Positions 49,473-59,269 of a stretch of 64,000 bases of DNA are shown here, piece after piece (the stretch's first letter is position 1; each line of letters begins with the position of its first letter). The notes beneath the pieces are model-generated. The model was not told where the DNA came from and did not search any database. It saw only the letters and a list, made by a program, of their open reading frames with translations. This stretch comes from a bacterium (GTDB lineage Bacteria; UBA8248). The position numbers were made by a program, and so were the translations under genes. The stretch covers positions 960,001 through 1,024,000 of the forward strand of contig CBDCRP010000003.1 of the NCBI GenBank assembly GCA_965221165.1. The letters are read 5' to 3'.

Positions 49473-50696
49473 TCATAAGATCGGCGTCAGGGTTTTGGCC
49501 ATCAATTCCCGCTCGTCTATCCCGAACACCCCGGCGAGCCAGTCGGCGGGTATCTCCTGGCCGATGGTGGGATTGTCGTGCTGGCAGTGGTCGGCGCCGG
49601 TCTCCTCTTGATCGACGAGCCGCAAAGTGACGTCCACCCCCGCCGTTCGGGCGGCCTCGTAGACTTTGCGCGCCTGGGCCACGCCGAGCACGTCGTATCC
49701 CCCGTGGACGATGAGATAGGGACACTTCATGCGCCCGATGTGTCCCTCCAGCGTATAGGGCGCGAGCTTCTCGACGGCTTCTTTCACGCTTTTCGCTCCG
49801 AATACCCATTTGATGGAATCGGCCAGGCGGTGGTCCTCACCAGCGTCGCGCCATAATTCCTGTAAACTCCAACCGGCGGTCTGGGAGATGGCGGCGACGA
49901 GCCGCCCTTCGTAGCAGGCCGCCCGGGCGGCGAAATGGCCCCCGATGCCTCCACCGCAGACGGCGATCCGCGAGGCGTCCACGTCTCCCCTCGCCTCCAG
50001 ATAGTCGATGCAGCGGCCCACCGGAACCTCGTAGTCGTGGCGGCTGGTGATGCCCCCCCGCCTGAGTGTGCCGCCCTGGCCGGGGCCGTCGATCATGAGG
50101 GTCGATATGCCGCGCTGTAAGAAACCCCGGCCCGCCATGAACCACATTTCATCCTTATAGGCGTCCAGGCCACCGAAGCAGATGAGGGCGGGTTGCTTTT
50201 CCACGCGAAAGGGAGCGGGCACGAAATAGGCGTCCAGATGCGTCCCGTTCTCGTAAGGAACGCGCACCACCTCGCCGGGAGGGGTGAGATGGCCGAGAAA
50301 CGCCTTCGAGCAGACTTCTACCTTCTCGAAGGTCTCGAGCCTGCGCGGATCGTCCGACTCGAGCCAGAACTCCGCACTCCGGTAGTAATCCACCGCGCGC
50401 AGCCAGCAGTTGCGCGCCGTCTGGATATGTCCCGCAGCGGCCGCCTCATCCCCGCGCGCGCGGTTGCGATCGCCCACGCGGGTCCACTCCACGTGCCAGC
50501 TCTCGTTGTCGCCCGGCGTCATGCGGCTCGCGGCCAGGAAACACTCGCTCACCGAGCCGCCGCCCTCCTGGGTCTCGCCCAGGGCGCGCCTGAACTGATA
50601 GGACATCCAAGGATGCTCGGGCCAGTGGTGCCAGCCGTAGGGTTCGTAGTGTGGTCCCCGGGATTCGTCGATCCGGTCGATCGCTCTTTCTTCCAT
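49473..50696 (-). CDS. Alpha/beta hydrolase (2,6-dihydroxypseudooxynicotine hydrolase/FrsA-like) with Gly at the nucleophile position
   Basis: GGLD..K.E, IDGPGQG, IAVCGGGIGG, LIVHG..D, GADHCQ. Confidence 0.82.
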   Translation of the reverse strand: MEERAIDRIDESRGPHYEPYGWHHWPEHPWMSYQFRRALGETQEGGGSVSECFLAASRMTPGDNESWHVEWTRVGDRNRARGDEAAAAGHIQTARNCWLRAVDYYRSAEFWLESDDPRRLETFEKVEVCSKAFLGHLTPPGEVVRVPYENGTHLDAYFVPAPFRVEKQPALICFGGLDAYKDEMWFMAGRGFLQRGISTLMIDGPGQGGTLRRGGITSRHDYEVPVGRCIDYLEARGDVDASRIAVCGGGIGGHFAARAACYEGRLVAAISQTAGWSLQELWRDAGEDHRLADSIKWVFGAKSVKEAVEKLAPYTLEGHIGRMKCPYLIVHGGYDVLGVAQARKVYEAARTAGVDVTLRLVDQEETGADHCQHDNPTIGQEIPADWLAGVFGIDERELMAKTLTPIL

Positions 50697-50865
50697 GAGA
50701 AACCCTCCCTGTGGTCTGCCTGAATGGTGGAAGCGCTCGCCCGGTCGGCGGATGAAAGGGACTAGCCACACGCGAGCGGAATCAAAATCAGGGGCTGACG
50801 GTGAATCCATCCACCTTCATGCGAATCACGCAGCCGTCAAACGGCCCCCGAAGCGGCCCATCCCC

Positions 50866-52839
50866 CTATGCGGAAGCGGCTCCTCCGGCCACGGGAGCGG
50901 GCGTGGGTTCTCCCTCCTCGGCGAGGCGTCTTTTCTGCATGAGGAAAACCGCGCCCAGCATGACCGCGCCCGCCAGGTGGTTCAAATAGCCCGGCCAGAA
51001 CAAAAGCCCCGCCGCAATAAACAAAAACGCGCGCATCGGGGTCGAGAAGCGGAAATACATGAACCCGACCATGCCGGCAGCCAGGGCCTGGAAGCCGAGA
51101 AGCGCCGCGGCGAAAGTCTCGAGTGAGAGCCAGGGCTGGCGAATCAGCAGAATCGGGGTGAAGGCGAACATCAGGGGCAGGATGTACATGCCCTTCGCCG
51201 TGCGGAAAGACGCCCAGGCGGCCTTTGCCGGGTTGGCGTCCGCTATCCCCGCCGCCGTATAGGCGGGCACGCACACGGGGGGCGTGAAACAACTGTCCAG
51301 GCTGTACCAGAACACGATGAGGTGGGCGGAGATCAACGAGAGCTTGAACGGCTCTCCGAGTTCCAAAAGCGCGGGCACGGCCATGACCGACAAGACGATG
51401 TAGGCCGCGCTCGTCGGCAGTCCCATACCGAGCACGAACGAGGCCACGCCCACCAGGAGGATGCCCAGGAACAGGTTGTCGTTCGCCATGTTCGTGACCA
51501 AAGAGGAGAACTTGAGGCCCAGGCCGGTCTGGAAGAGCGCCCCCATGATGATGCCCACCGCGCCCACCGCCGCGCAAATGGGAAGGGATTGCACCGCGCC
51601 TTTCTCGAGCGCGAGGACGATGTTCCAAAGTCCCCTGCCTATTTCGCTCACTATTTCCTGGAGGCTCGTGCCCTCCCTTCTGGCTTTTTCCAGCAATACG
51701 AGTGCGCCCTTTAGCCCCGCCAGAAGCACGACGGAGAGAATGCCGGCGAGCCCGGCTAAGGGTACGGTTCTGCCCGTCATGAGGATTCCCAGAATCACGA
51801 GCGGGGGCAGAAGGTAGAACCACCCTCCTTTCATGATGGGTCCAAGAGGGGGTATCAACTCCCGGGGCATGCCCACCAGACCCCCTTTTCTCGCTTCTAA
51901 ATGCACGATCGCGTAGACGGAGAAGAAATACAAAACGGCGGGCAGGACGGATACCTTCACGATCTCCCAATACGATATGCCCGTGAACTCCACGATCAAA
52001 AACGCAGACGCCCCCATGACGGGCGGCATAATCTGCCCCCCCGTGGAAGCCGCCGTCTCGATGGCAGCCGCCGTTTCGGCCTTGAAGCCGGTGCGCTTCA
52101 TCATCGGGATGGTAAACGAACCCGTGGTGACCACGTTCGCGTTCGCGCTGCCCATGATGGTGCCCGTCATGGCGCTGGCGAAAACCGCCGCCTTCGCCGG
52201 TCCGCCGCGCAGCCTGCCGGCGATCGACACGGAGAGTTTCACGTAGAAATCGGCCGCCCCCATGCGATCCAGAAACGCGCCGAAGAGGATGAACAAGAAG
52301 ATATAGACCGAAAAGACGCTCATAGGCGCCGTCCACAGGCCGTCGTAGGTAAAGTACTGGTGATCGACGATGAGCATATAGGTGGCCCCTTTGTGCGCCA
52401 GATACAAGGGAAAATAGGGGCCGAAATACGAATAGACGATGAAGAAACACGATATCAGGGGAAGCGCCAGGTTGATGGTCCTTCGCGCCGCCTCCCAGGT
52501 GAGCAACAGGACCGCGGAGCCCAGGAACATATCGATGGGTTCGAGCGGGTCGACGTAATACAGGCGATCCAGAAAATAATCGGTGTACAGTACCGGGTAG
52601 GCGATGGAGGCGACCGCCAGGAGGCAGACGGCGGCCGACACGGCGGCGCGCCACCCGCCTCCAGCGGGTTTTCTGTAGATGATGAATATCAGGGACATCC
52701 CGAACAGATACGAAAGCGCCCTCTGGTACAGCGGCTCATACCCTCCCGTATAGGCTATCTGGATGTGATAGACGGACATCCCGACCGCTATCACCAGGAC
52801 GAGCCAGTCCAGAGAGGTCCTTCCCTTGTTATCGCTCAC
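50866..52839 (-). CDS. TRAP transporter fused 4TM/12TM permease
   Basis: RGGPAKAAV, ANVVTTGSFTIP, ASTGGQIMPPVMGA, LGMGLPT, TPPV. Confidence 0.93.
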   Translation of the reverse strand: MSDNKGRTSLDWLVLVIAVGMSVYHIQIAYTGGYEPLYQRALSYLFGMSLIFIIYRKPAGGGWRAAVSAAVCLLAVASIAYPVLYTDYFLDRLYYVDPLEPIDMFLGSAVLLLTWEAARRTINLALPLISCFFIVYSYFGPYFPLYLAHKGATYMLIVDHQYFTYDGLWTAPMSVFSVYIFLFILFGAFLDRMGAADFYVKLSVSIAGRLRGGPAKAAVFASAMTGTIMGSANANVVTTGSFTIPMMKRTGFKAETAAAIETAASTGGQIMPPVMGASAFLIVEFTGISYWEIVKVSVLPAVLYFFSVYAIVHLEARKGGLVGMPRELIPPLGPIMKGGWFYLLPPLVILGILMTGRTVPLAGLAGILSVVLLAGLKGALVLLEKARREGTSLQEIVSEIGRGLWNIVLALEKGAVQSLPICAAVGAVGIIMGALFQTGLGLKFSSLVTNMANDNLFLGILLVGVASFVLGMGLPTSAAYIVLSVMAVPALLELGEPFKLSLISAHLIVFWYSLDSCFTPPVCVPAYTAAGIADANPAKAAWASFRTAKGMYILPLMFAFTPILLIRQPWLSLETFAAALLGFQALAAGMVGFMYFRFSTPMRAFLFIAAGLLFWPGYLNHLAGAVMLGAVFLMQKRRLAEEGEPTPAPVAGGAASA

Positions 52840-52863
52840 GCTCTCGCCTCTTCGCCAGGATGG

Positions 52864-53847
52864 TTACATCGAACCCCCGGCTTCCTTGTAGAAACGCTTG
52901 GCGCCCTCATGCAGGGGTATCCCGACGTTCATGCCCGCCTTCTTGGGGACCCAGTTCTTGTAGATCTTGTGGACGCCCCCGAGGAACTTGTGCTCGTTCT
53001 TCGCTATCTTGAGGATAGAGTAGACCACGTCGGCGCTCATCTTGGTCGTGGTGAACAGGATGCCCGAAAGCCCCATCGAGTCCTTGGGCTTGGGGTTGCC
53101 CTTGTACATGCCGCCCGGAATCTGGCAGGGCGTGAAGCCGTGGCTCGCCAACAGCTTCTTCACGTCGTCGGCCATGTCCAGGAACACGAGGTTCCGGCCG
53201 ATGGCCGCCTGGATGCCCGCGCCGTTGGGGTCGCCCGAATTATGGAAGTAGAAATCGATCTGGCGCGCCCTGATCGCGCGCGACATGCCGCCGGCGCCCG
53301 GGAAGGTGAGCTTGTAGCCGCGCTTGTTGAGCTTCTTATAACTCGACCCGTAGTGCTTCACGATCACGCTCGCAATGTACTCCGTGCTCGTTCCCTTCTT
53401 TGCCGGGGCCAGTTTGAGCGGCTTTTTCGACTTGATGATGTCGCCCCAGGTCTTGACCCCTGCGTCATACTGCTCCTTGGCGGCATACTGGTGGTAGCAA
53501 GAGGGCCAGAAAGCGGCGATGCCCCGGAGGTTCTTGTAGGACTTCTTGTAAGGAGTCTTTCCGGCCATCGCGGCGCCGGCGAAGCTCGAGAACGAATAGC
53601 CGAAATCCGCGCCTCCTCCTCCCACACGCGCCGGGTTCGCGCGCCCGCCGCCGGGCGTCACGTTGAGGATGAACTTTTTCTGTTTCCTGTTGACGATTTC
53701 GCTGAGGCCCGCGCCCAGCCTGCCCATCGTGCCGCCCAGGCTGCCGACCGCAACGTCGTATTTCGCAGGCGCGGCGTAGGCGTCGCCCACCGTCAGAAAC
53801 GGCAGGGTCAGAGCCAGAATTCCGAACATCATGACGATTCTCTTCAT
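52864..53847 (-). CDS. TAXI family TRAP solute-binding subunit
   Basis: Signal peptide AYA, GSLGGT, GGGRAN, IPGGMY, IPLHEGAKRFY. Confidence 0.9.
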   Translation of the reverse strand: MKRIVMMFGILALTLPFLTVGDAYAAPAKYDVAVGSLGGTMGRLGAGLSEIVNRKQKKFILNVTPGGGRANPARVGGGGADFGYSFSSFAGAAMAGKTPYKKSYKNLRGIAAFWPSCYHQYAAKEQYDAGVKTWGDIIKSKKPLKLAPAKKGTSTEYIASVIVKHYGSSYKKLNKRGYKLTFPGAGGMSRAIRARQIDFYFHNSGDPNGAGIQAAIGRNLVFLDMADDVKKLLASHGFTPCQIPGGMYKGNPKPKDSMGLSGILFTTTKMSADVVYSILKIAKNEHKFLGGVHKIYKNWVPKKAGMNVGIPLHEGAKRFYKEAGGSM

Positions 53848-54102
53848 TTTTCCTCTCCTTGATGAAGTGATGCAGGACTTCGACGATGTGGTTCAAAAAG
53901 CTCCCGCTCATCGAGACGCATTCCAGTGAGAACCAACCCACTCGCCGCGTTCTCAAAGAGCGCTCTTTTCTGTATGCTTGGGCCTGAATCTTACAGACGG
54001 GAGCGTTTCGCTGTCAATGAATCATGGGCGTCGAGCGAGCGTTTCAGTCTCTAAATCTGGAACGACCCGAAAAAATCGTTTTCTTCGATAAGGAGCAGGA
54101 AC

Positions 54103-54453
54103 ATGCCGTTTTACCGTTGGGAGGAGATGAAGCGAAAAAACCTGGCGAGGCCGTCCGATTCGGAGGGCAGCATCATCATCGGCGAGCGCGTCACCCTGAA
54201 CCGCTCGGTGAGCCGGCCGGGCAAGCTGGCCCGCCCGCACACGCACGATTGCGAACAGATCATCAACGTCGTCGAGGGAACCGCCTGGTTCCGGGTGGGG
54301 GATGAGGAAAAAACCGTCACCGCAGGCGACATCGTCCACATCCCCGAGGGGACCGAGCACGAGTTCAAAAACGAGAGCGACGGCGAATTCATCTACCTCT
54401 CGTTCAAGAACAAATCGGAGGGCTGGCCCCCGCCGACCGCGACGATGGACTAG
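54103..54453 (+). CDS. Cupin domain protein
   Basis: PHTHDCEQ...VVEG and GDIVHIPEGTEH. AAGGAG RBS. Confidence 0.9.
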   Translation: MPFYRWEEMKRKNLARPSDSEGSIIIGERVTLNRSVSRPGKLARPHTHDCEQIINVVEGTAWFRVGDEEKTVTAGDIVHIPEGTEHEFKNESDGEFIYLSFKNKSEGWPPPTATMD

Positions 54454-55580
54454 GTTCTCGCTTTTAACCCCGCATGCAGATCTTCGGGGTCGATGGGGAG
54501 TTTGACGACTTGCCTGCGCTTGGCGGATAAATCGCACGCCATGCAGAGCATGAGGTTCCGGTGTCCCTCCGCACCCGTGGCGTGGGGCATGTCCGTACCC
54601 GTAAAGACGTGCGCGAGCCAGGCGATGGATTCATCGCGCATCGGACCCCAGAACTGCCCCTTGGACATATCCCCCGCAGGGTAGCTCTCGAGCAGATGCA
54701 CGTGGCGCTCCTCCCCCCGGTGGGAGGCCAGCGGGTTCTCGGACGCCATGATGAAATCGGCATGGGTGTCGTCGATGGTGAGCGCGCCCTCGGTGCCCAC
54801 CACGCTGATGGTGACGCCATAGGTCGAGGCGGGCCAGATGGTGGGCATCCCCCAGTTGCACTCCATGCTCCAGATGGTCCCATCGTCGAAGGTGAAGATG
54901 CTGAAGGTGGCGTCCTGCGTGCCGATTCCCGTCATCACCCTGGATATCGAGCGCGAGACGACCTCTACGGGCCTTTTTTCCGGCCCCATCACGAACAGCA
55001 TGACGTCCAGCGCATGGGTACCGGAGATCACCATGGGCGTAAGTGCGGAGCGATCCTCGTTTTTCGACAGCCGGGTGATGCCGACCTGGCGGTTTAACAG
55101 CGCGCGCGTCGTCGCGGAGGTAACCTCGCCCAATATCCCCGACTGCACGTGCTCGCGCGCCGTCAGCCAGCGCCTCCTGAAGCGCTGGGTGTAGCCCACC
55201 AGAAGCTCCACGCCCGCCGCTTCGGCGGCTTCCACGATTTTCGCCGATTCGGTCACGCTCGTAGCCAGTGGTTTTTCCACGAGTATCCTGTGGCCCTGCT
55301 CTATAGATTCCCAAAGCGGCTTCGCGTGCCATTCCTCGTCCGTGGCGATGATGACGGCGTTGACCTCGGGCCTCCGGATGAGTTGCGCGAAATCGGTCGT
55401 GAAAAAATCCGCCTCGAACTCCCCGGCCATCGCCCTTCCCTTTTTCTCGTCGATGTCGCAGCAGCCGAGCCACTCCGTGCCCGGGTATTCCCTCGCGCAG
55501 CGCGCGCGAATGCGCCCCACCCGGCCGCAGCCGACCACGGCCAGACCAATCGGGTTTTTCTCCCCTCCCAAAACCGCCAT
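54450..55580 (-). CDS. Gfo/Idh/MocA oxidoreductase, paralogue 1
   Basis: VVGCGRVG, LVEKPLA, GYTQRF, ISGTH. Confidence 0.9.
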   Translation of the reverse strand: MAVLGGEKNPIGLAVVGCGRVGRIRARCAREYPGTEWLGCCDIDEKKGRAMAGEFEADFFTTDFAQLIRRPEVNAVIIATDEEWHAKPLWESIEQGHRILVEKPLATSVTESAKIVEAAEAAGVELLVGYTQRFRRRWLTAREHVQSGILGEVTSATTRALLNRQVGITRLSKNEDRSALTPMVISGTHALDVMLFVMGPEKRPVEVVSRSISRVMTGIGTQDATFSIFTFDDGTIWSMECNWGMPTIWPASTYGVTISVVGTEGALTIDDTHADFIMASENPLASHRGEERHVHLLESYPAGDMSKGQFWGPMRDESIAWLAHVFTGTDMPHATGAEGHRNLMLCMACDLSAKRRQVVKLPIDPEDLHAGLKART

Positions 55581-55758
55581 CACCCTCTCCCGTAAATTTA
55601 TCAAGACGTATAAAAAACGCGCCGGAGTCCAATCCGACGCCTTTTGGATTCCCCTTCATACCAGCTTCGGGGGATGCGCGCATCTTCAACCGCCTTTACG
55701 CAGATCCATTCCGACTGAAAATAGGAGTTGCGCCTTCACATCGGACGGGACAACACGC

Positions 55759-56075
55759 CGTAGGGACAGGCCCCCGTGCCTGTCCTGTGTTTGGAAGAAG
55801 TCCACGTAAGGACATTTAGGTTCGCCCGTACGAGAATCCCCGTACCGAAGGTTGTCGTCATTCCGGCGCATGCCGGAATCCAGAACGGACGAGGCGGGCA
55901 TGTTACGGCGGTTCATACCCCTTCGATGAAGTCGGAATGCCACCGGAGAATGAAAGTCGAAGGGCAAATTCCCTGGATTCCGGCATGCGCCGGAATGACG
56001 AACAAAAACGAATACCGGGCGCGGACAGGCACGGGGGCCTGTCCCTACCAACTCCCCCTCAAGGGGAGTGATTCA
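55759..56075. repeat. Nested inverted element: GTAG arms enclosing a CGTC doublet
   Basis: GTAGGGACAGGCCCCCGTGCCTGTCC (~55760) and its inverse (~56023-48); CGTCATTCCGGCGCATGCCGGAATCCAG (55856) and its inverse (~55973-56000). Confidence 0.85.
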
Positions 56076-56118
56076 CCAAGCTAAACTCCGGGAGAAATAA
56101 TGATACACGACCCAAAAC

Positions 56119-56760
56119 CTACCGCCCCTCCCGCATGAACAGACCCGTGTCGGCGAGAGCCGCCTTGACGACCTCATCCTTTAGAGAACCGGCGGGTAGC
56201 GGCGCCCCGAAGCGCAGTCGTATCCGCTCCTTGAAGATGGGGATCATGAAGCCGGTGCGCATCAGTTCCGCGTTGTCGAGCCTTAATAAACCCTCCGCGG
56301 TCCGCCGGACCCGGATGCCGTAGAGAAAAAACTCCTTGCCCTTCACGAATAGGTAGGTGACCGGCCCGGGCGCGTGACGCAAGGCGTTCAGTTCCCGGTA
56401 ACTGCCCAGAGGAATATCCTCGGGCACGATGAAAAAGTGCTGCGCCGTGCAGCGCATGCAGGGGGCGCCGCCTGCTTTTTCTCTCTTCGAAGTCCTCACG
56501 CCCGAAGGCCCGGCGGTATTCATCATCCGAAGCGGGACGCCGCTTCGCCACTCCTGCGGCGCGTCCATATTCTCAGGCGGCGGGGGCAGTTGCTGTACGA
56601 CCGCATACAAGGCGGCTTTATCCTGGCGGTCCTGCGCGGGATAAATGCCGACGATTTGAGCGTCGGGAGTTTCCGAATATGCCACCAGCGAGGCAAGAAC
56701 CAGCGCCATCGCCAGAACCGCCGCTTGAAAAAAACGAAACCGCAAGGAGCGAGAATTCAC
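56119..56760 (-). CDS. Hypothetical exported protein with a CxxC motif
   Basis: Signal-like N-terminus, PCMRC; abuts the stop of the upstream oxidoreductase. Confidence 0.6.
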   Translation of the reverse strand: MNSRSLRFRFFQAAVLAMALVLASLVAYSETPDAQIVGIYPAQDRQDKAALYAVVQQLPPPPENMDAPQEWRSGVPLRMMNTAGPSGVRTSKREKAGGAPCMRCTAQHFFIVPEDIPLGSYRELNALRHAPGPVTYLFVKGKEFFLYGIRVRRTAEGLLRLDNAELMRTGFMIPIFKERIRLRFGAPLPAGSLKDEVVKAALADTGLFMREGR

Positions 56761-57870
56761 TTATTCAAAATCCTCAGGCGATGCCGGGAGCGATACCGCC
56801 CGTCCGGTTTTGGCCGAATGATCCATCGCCAGACACAGCATCAAGTTATCGTGCGCCTCCCGCGCGGTGGTGTGCGGCGTGGGGACGCCCAGATAAATCC
56901 TGTCGAACCACGAGCGCGTCTCCTCGCGCATGGGGCCCCAGAGTTGATCGAACACCAGATCCCCCGGCGGATAGCTGGTGAGAAAACTCACGTTGCGCTC
57001 CTGTTTCAGGCGCGCCGATTCGTGCGGCTCCTCGGTGGCGAATACGATATCGCGGTGCGTGTCGTCTATCGTGAGCACGCCTCCCGTACCCACGATGCCC
57101 AGTTCGAGCGAATAGACCTCCGCCGGCCAAACGCGCGGCAGCGCCCAGCTCACGTTCATGCTCCATATCGTCCCGTCCTCATAGGTGACGATGGCGAAGG
57201 TGGAATCCTTCGTGAGGTAGGGCGCCATCGCCTTGTCCACCGAGCGCGCGTACACCTCCACCGGCCGCCGCCCCTCCAGAAGCCAGGAGCACAAATCCAC
57301 GCTGTGAGTGCCGGAGATGACCATGGGGGTGAATTTCGTGGGAAATTCGGTTTTGGTGGAATTCGCCACCGGGTTCATGCGGTTCAAGAAGGCGCGGCCC
57401 GTGACGGAGGAGACGTCGCCCAACTCTCCTGTGCGAATCTTCTCCTTCGCCACCAGAAAGCGGCGGCGGAACCTCTGCGTATAGCCCAGGACGGCATCGA
57501 TTCCCGCGTCGTCGATGGCGCGCACCAGCTTTTCGGACACGTCGGCATCCACCGCAAGGGGCTTTTCGATCAGCATCCGGTGGCCGCGCTCCACGCCGAT
57601 GAAGATGGGTTCGAGCCGCTCATTCGCGTATGTGGCCAAAACGGTGCTGTTCACCTCATCGCGCTTTAAGAGCTCGCGGTAATCCGTGGTAAAAAAATCG
57701 GCCTCGACATCTTCGGCCAGTTTTCTTCCCACCTTCTCGTTAATATCGCACAACCCCATCCATTCGACCGCCGCATTCTGGCGCGCGAATTCCGCTCGGA
57801 TGCGCCCGATCTTCCCGCATCCCACCACGGCCAGGCCGATGGGCCTTCTCGTCTCACTCGATAGGGTCAT
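56761..57870 (-). CDS. Gfo/Idh/MocA oxidoreductase, paralogue 2
   Basis: VVGCGKIG, LIEKPLA, GYTQRF, ISGTH; colinear with paralogue 1. Confidence 0.9.
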   Translation of the reverse strand: MTLSSETRRPIGLAVVGCGKIGRIRAEFARQNAAVEWMGLCDINEKVGRKLAEDVEADFFTTDYRELLKRDEVNSTVLATYANERLEPIFIGVERGHRMLIEKPLAVDADVSEKLVRAIDDAGIDAVLGYTQRFRRRFLVAKEKIRTGELGDVSSVTGRAFLNRMNPVANSTKTEFPTKFTPMVISGTHSVDLCSWLLEGRRPVEVYARSVDKAMAPYLTKDSTFAIVTYEDGTIWSMNVSWALPRVWPAEVYSLELGIVGTGGVLTIDDTHRDIVFATEEPHESARLKQERNVSFLTSYPPGDLVFDQLWGPMREETRSWFDRIYLGVPTPHTTAREAHDNLMLCLAMDHSAKTGRAVSLPASPEDFE

Positions 57871-58038
57871 GGATATCACCTTGTTCAGAGAGCGCTGATT
57901 CCAAAGCCGGGCGCATCTTCCCACCCGAGCCCTTCGCGGCGCAAGCCGGGGTTCAAAGGCCGCCCTGGTTCCAAAAATTCGCATTTCATCGGAAAATGGG
58001 CCATTCTCTTGGTAACTAATCCCGAAAGGAGTGACACC

Positions 58039-58689
58039 GTGTCCCGCGTACCCATGCTCAAATCCGGCGCCGACGACCCCGTTGTGAACCACCTCTTCGA
58101 CCATGCGGGTGTTCTGCTGAACCGAATCCCCAACGCCTGGCGCGTGATGGCGAACCAGCCTTTCATCACGAAATTCATGCTGCCGCTCACCTCCTCACTC
58201 CTGCGCCAGGGCCTTGGTTCGGCCCTCGACACGAGGACGAAAGAACTGGCCATCATCAAGACCAGCCAGCTCAACAACTGCGCCTACTGACTGGCGCACA
58301 ACACGCCGGTTGGTCAATCGGTGGGAATCACGGAAATCCAGATAGCGGCCATCAGCGAGGGTGACTATAGCCCCTTCACCGAAAAAGAACGCGCCGTCCT
58401 GCTCTGGGCGGAACACGTCACTCTCAATACGGCCAGGGAGCGGGACGACGTCTTCGAGGAAGTCAAAAAACATTTCAGCGACACCGAAATCGTGGAACTC
58501 ACCATGGTCATCACCTATTTCAACATGAGAAACAAATTCAACGACGCGCTGGGCATTCCCATCGAGGCGCAAGAAGAGATCGACAGGAACAAGATTCGCC
58601 AAAAAAATCCCGATGACTTGAAAGCGTATCTGGAGGCCCTGCTCGCCGACTGGCCGGATGAATTTCCCGAAGCGGGAAGCGGAGCATGA
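58039..58689 (+). CDS. AhpD/carboxymuconolactone decarboxylase family protein, probable selenoprotein (CxxU)
   Basis: GTG after AAAGGAG; TKELAIIKTSQLNNCAY-TGA-LAHN reads in frame into ...G.TE.QI...FTEKERAVL...FSDTEIVEL. Confidence 0.85.
58291..58323 (+). promoter_or_regulatory. Bacterial SECIS-like hairpin
   Basis: CGCCGGTTG-GT-CAATCGGTG stem (58304-58323) with apical GU about 22 nt 3' of the UGA. Confidence 0.7.
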
Positions 58690-58949
58690 CGAAAACCCTC
58701 ATCCGAAACGCGACTATTCTTTCGATGGACCCTGAAGTCGGGGAGATCGAAAGCGGCGACTTACTCATCGAGGGCGAGCGGATTTCCGAGGTGGGCGAGA
58801 ACCTCACAGAGACGGACGCGGAAACCATCGACGCGCAAGATATGATCCTCCTGCCCGGCCTCGTGAACGCGCACATGCACACCCGGCAGACCGCACTTCG
58901 CGGCCTGGGAGGCGACTGGGGCGGGCGCGGGGGGTTCGAGCCGAGCTAG
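58686..58949 (+). pseudogene. Truncated amidohydrolase (N-terminal fragment)
   Basis: TLIRNATILSMD...GDLLIEGERI...LPGLVNAHMH then abrupt end; ATGA-coupled to the AhpD gene. Confidence 0.82.
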
Positions 58950-59218
58950 GAGCAGCACGCGGTAGTGGACGACGCGCGCGGTGCGGCGCGGTCTTGAGAA
59001 CATGAAGATACAGTCCTACCTGACGGCGGCGGCGATCAACCTCAAGCGGCTCGCCGCCGCGCTTGCTGCAAATCCGTGCGCCGTCCGGAAGGCCTGGAGC
59101 GCCCGAGAAGAGCCGCTGCATGTCCATCGCGCCCACGCACCGAGAATGGGCTTCCCGTCCGCCGCCGCGTGACCCTCCATACCGCCCGCTCCCAAAACCG
59201 GGTTATTCAACAACCCCG
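58950..59218 (+). mobile_element. IS1182-like transposase C-terminal remnant and candidate terminal sequence
   Basis: RRGLENMKIQSYLTAAAINLKRL resembles the DDE_Tnp_1_6 tail; GGGTTATTCAACAACCC at ~59200 has a relative at 30362. Confidence 0.65.
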
Positions 59219-59269
59219 GGGAGGTCAGTCTTCCCGAGGAGGGGGAGACTGCGCCCTTGCCGCCCGGTG

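Noticed and set aside
51901-53862. Long antisense or alternate-frame ORFs (also 33502..34839, 50837..52654, 56374..57669, 12243..13286)
   Set aside because: GC-rich shadow frames of well-supported genes, Arg/Gly/Ala-biased, with no motifs.
55759-56075. REP doublets as integron attC sites
   Set aside because: No RYYYAAC/GTTRRRY core sites, no intI, and they are not placed regularly after single-gene cassettes.
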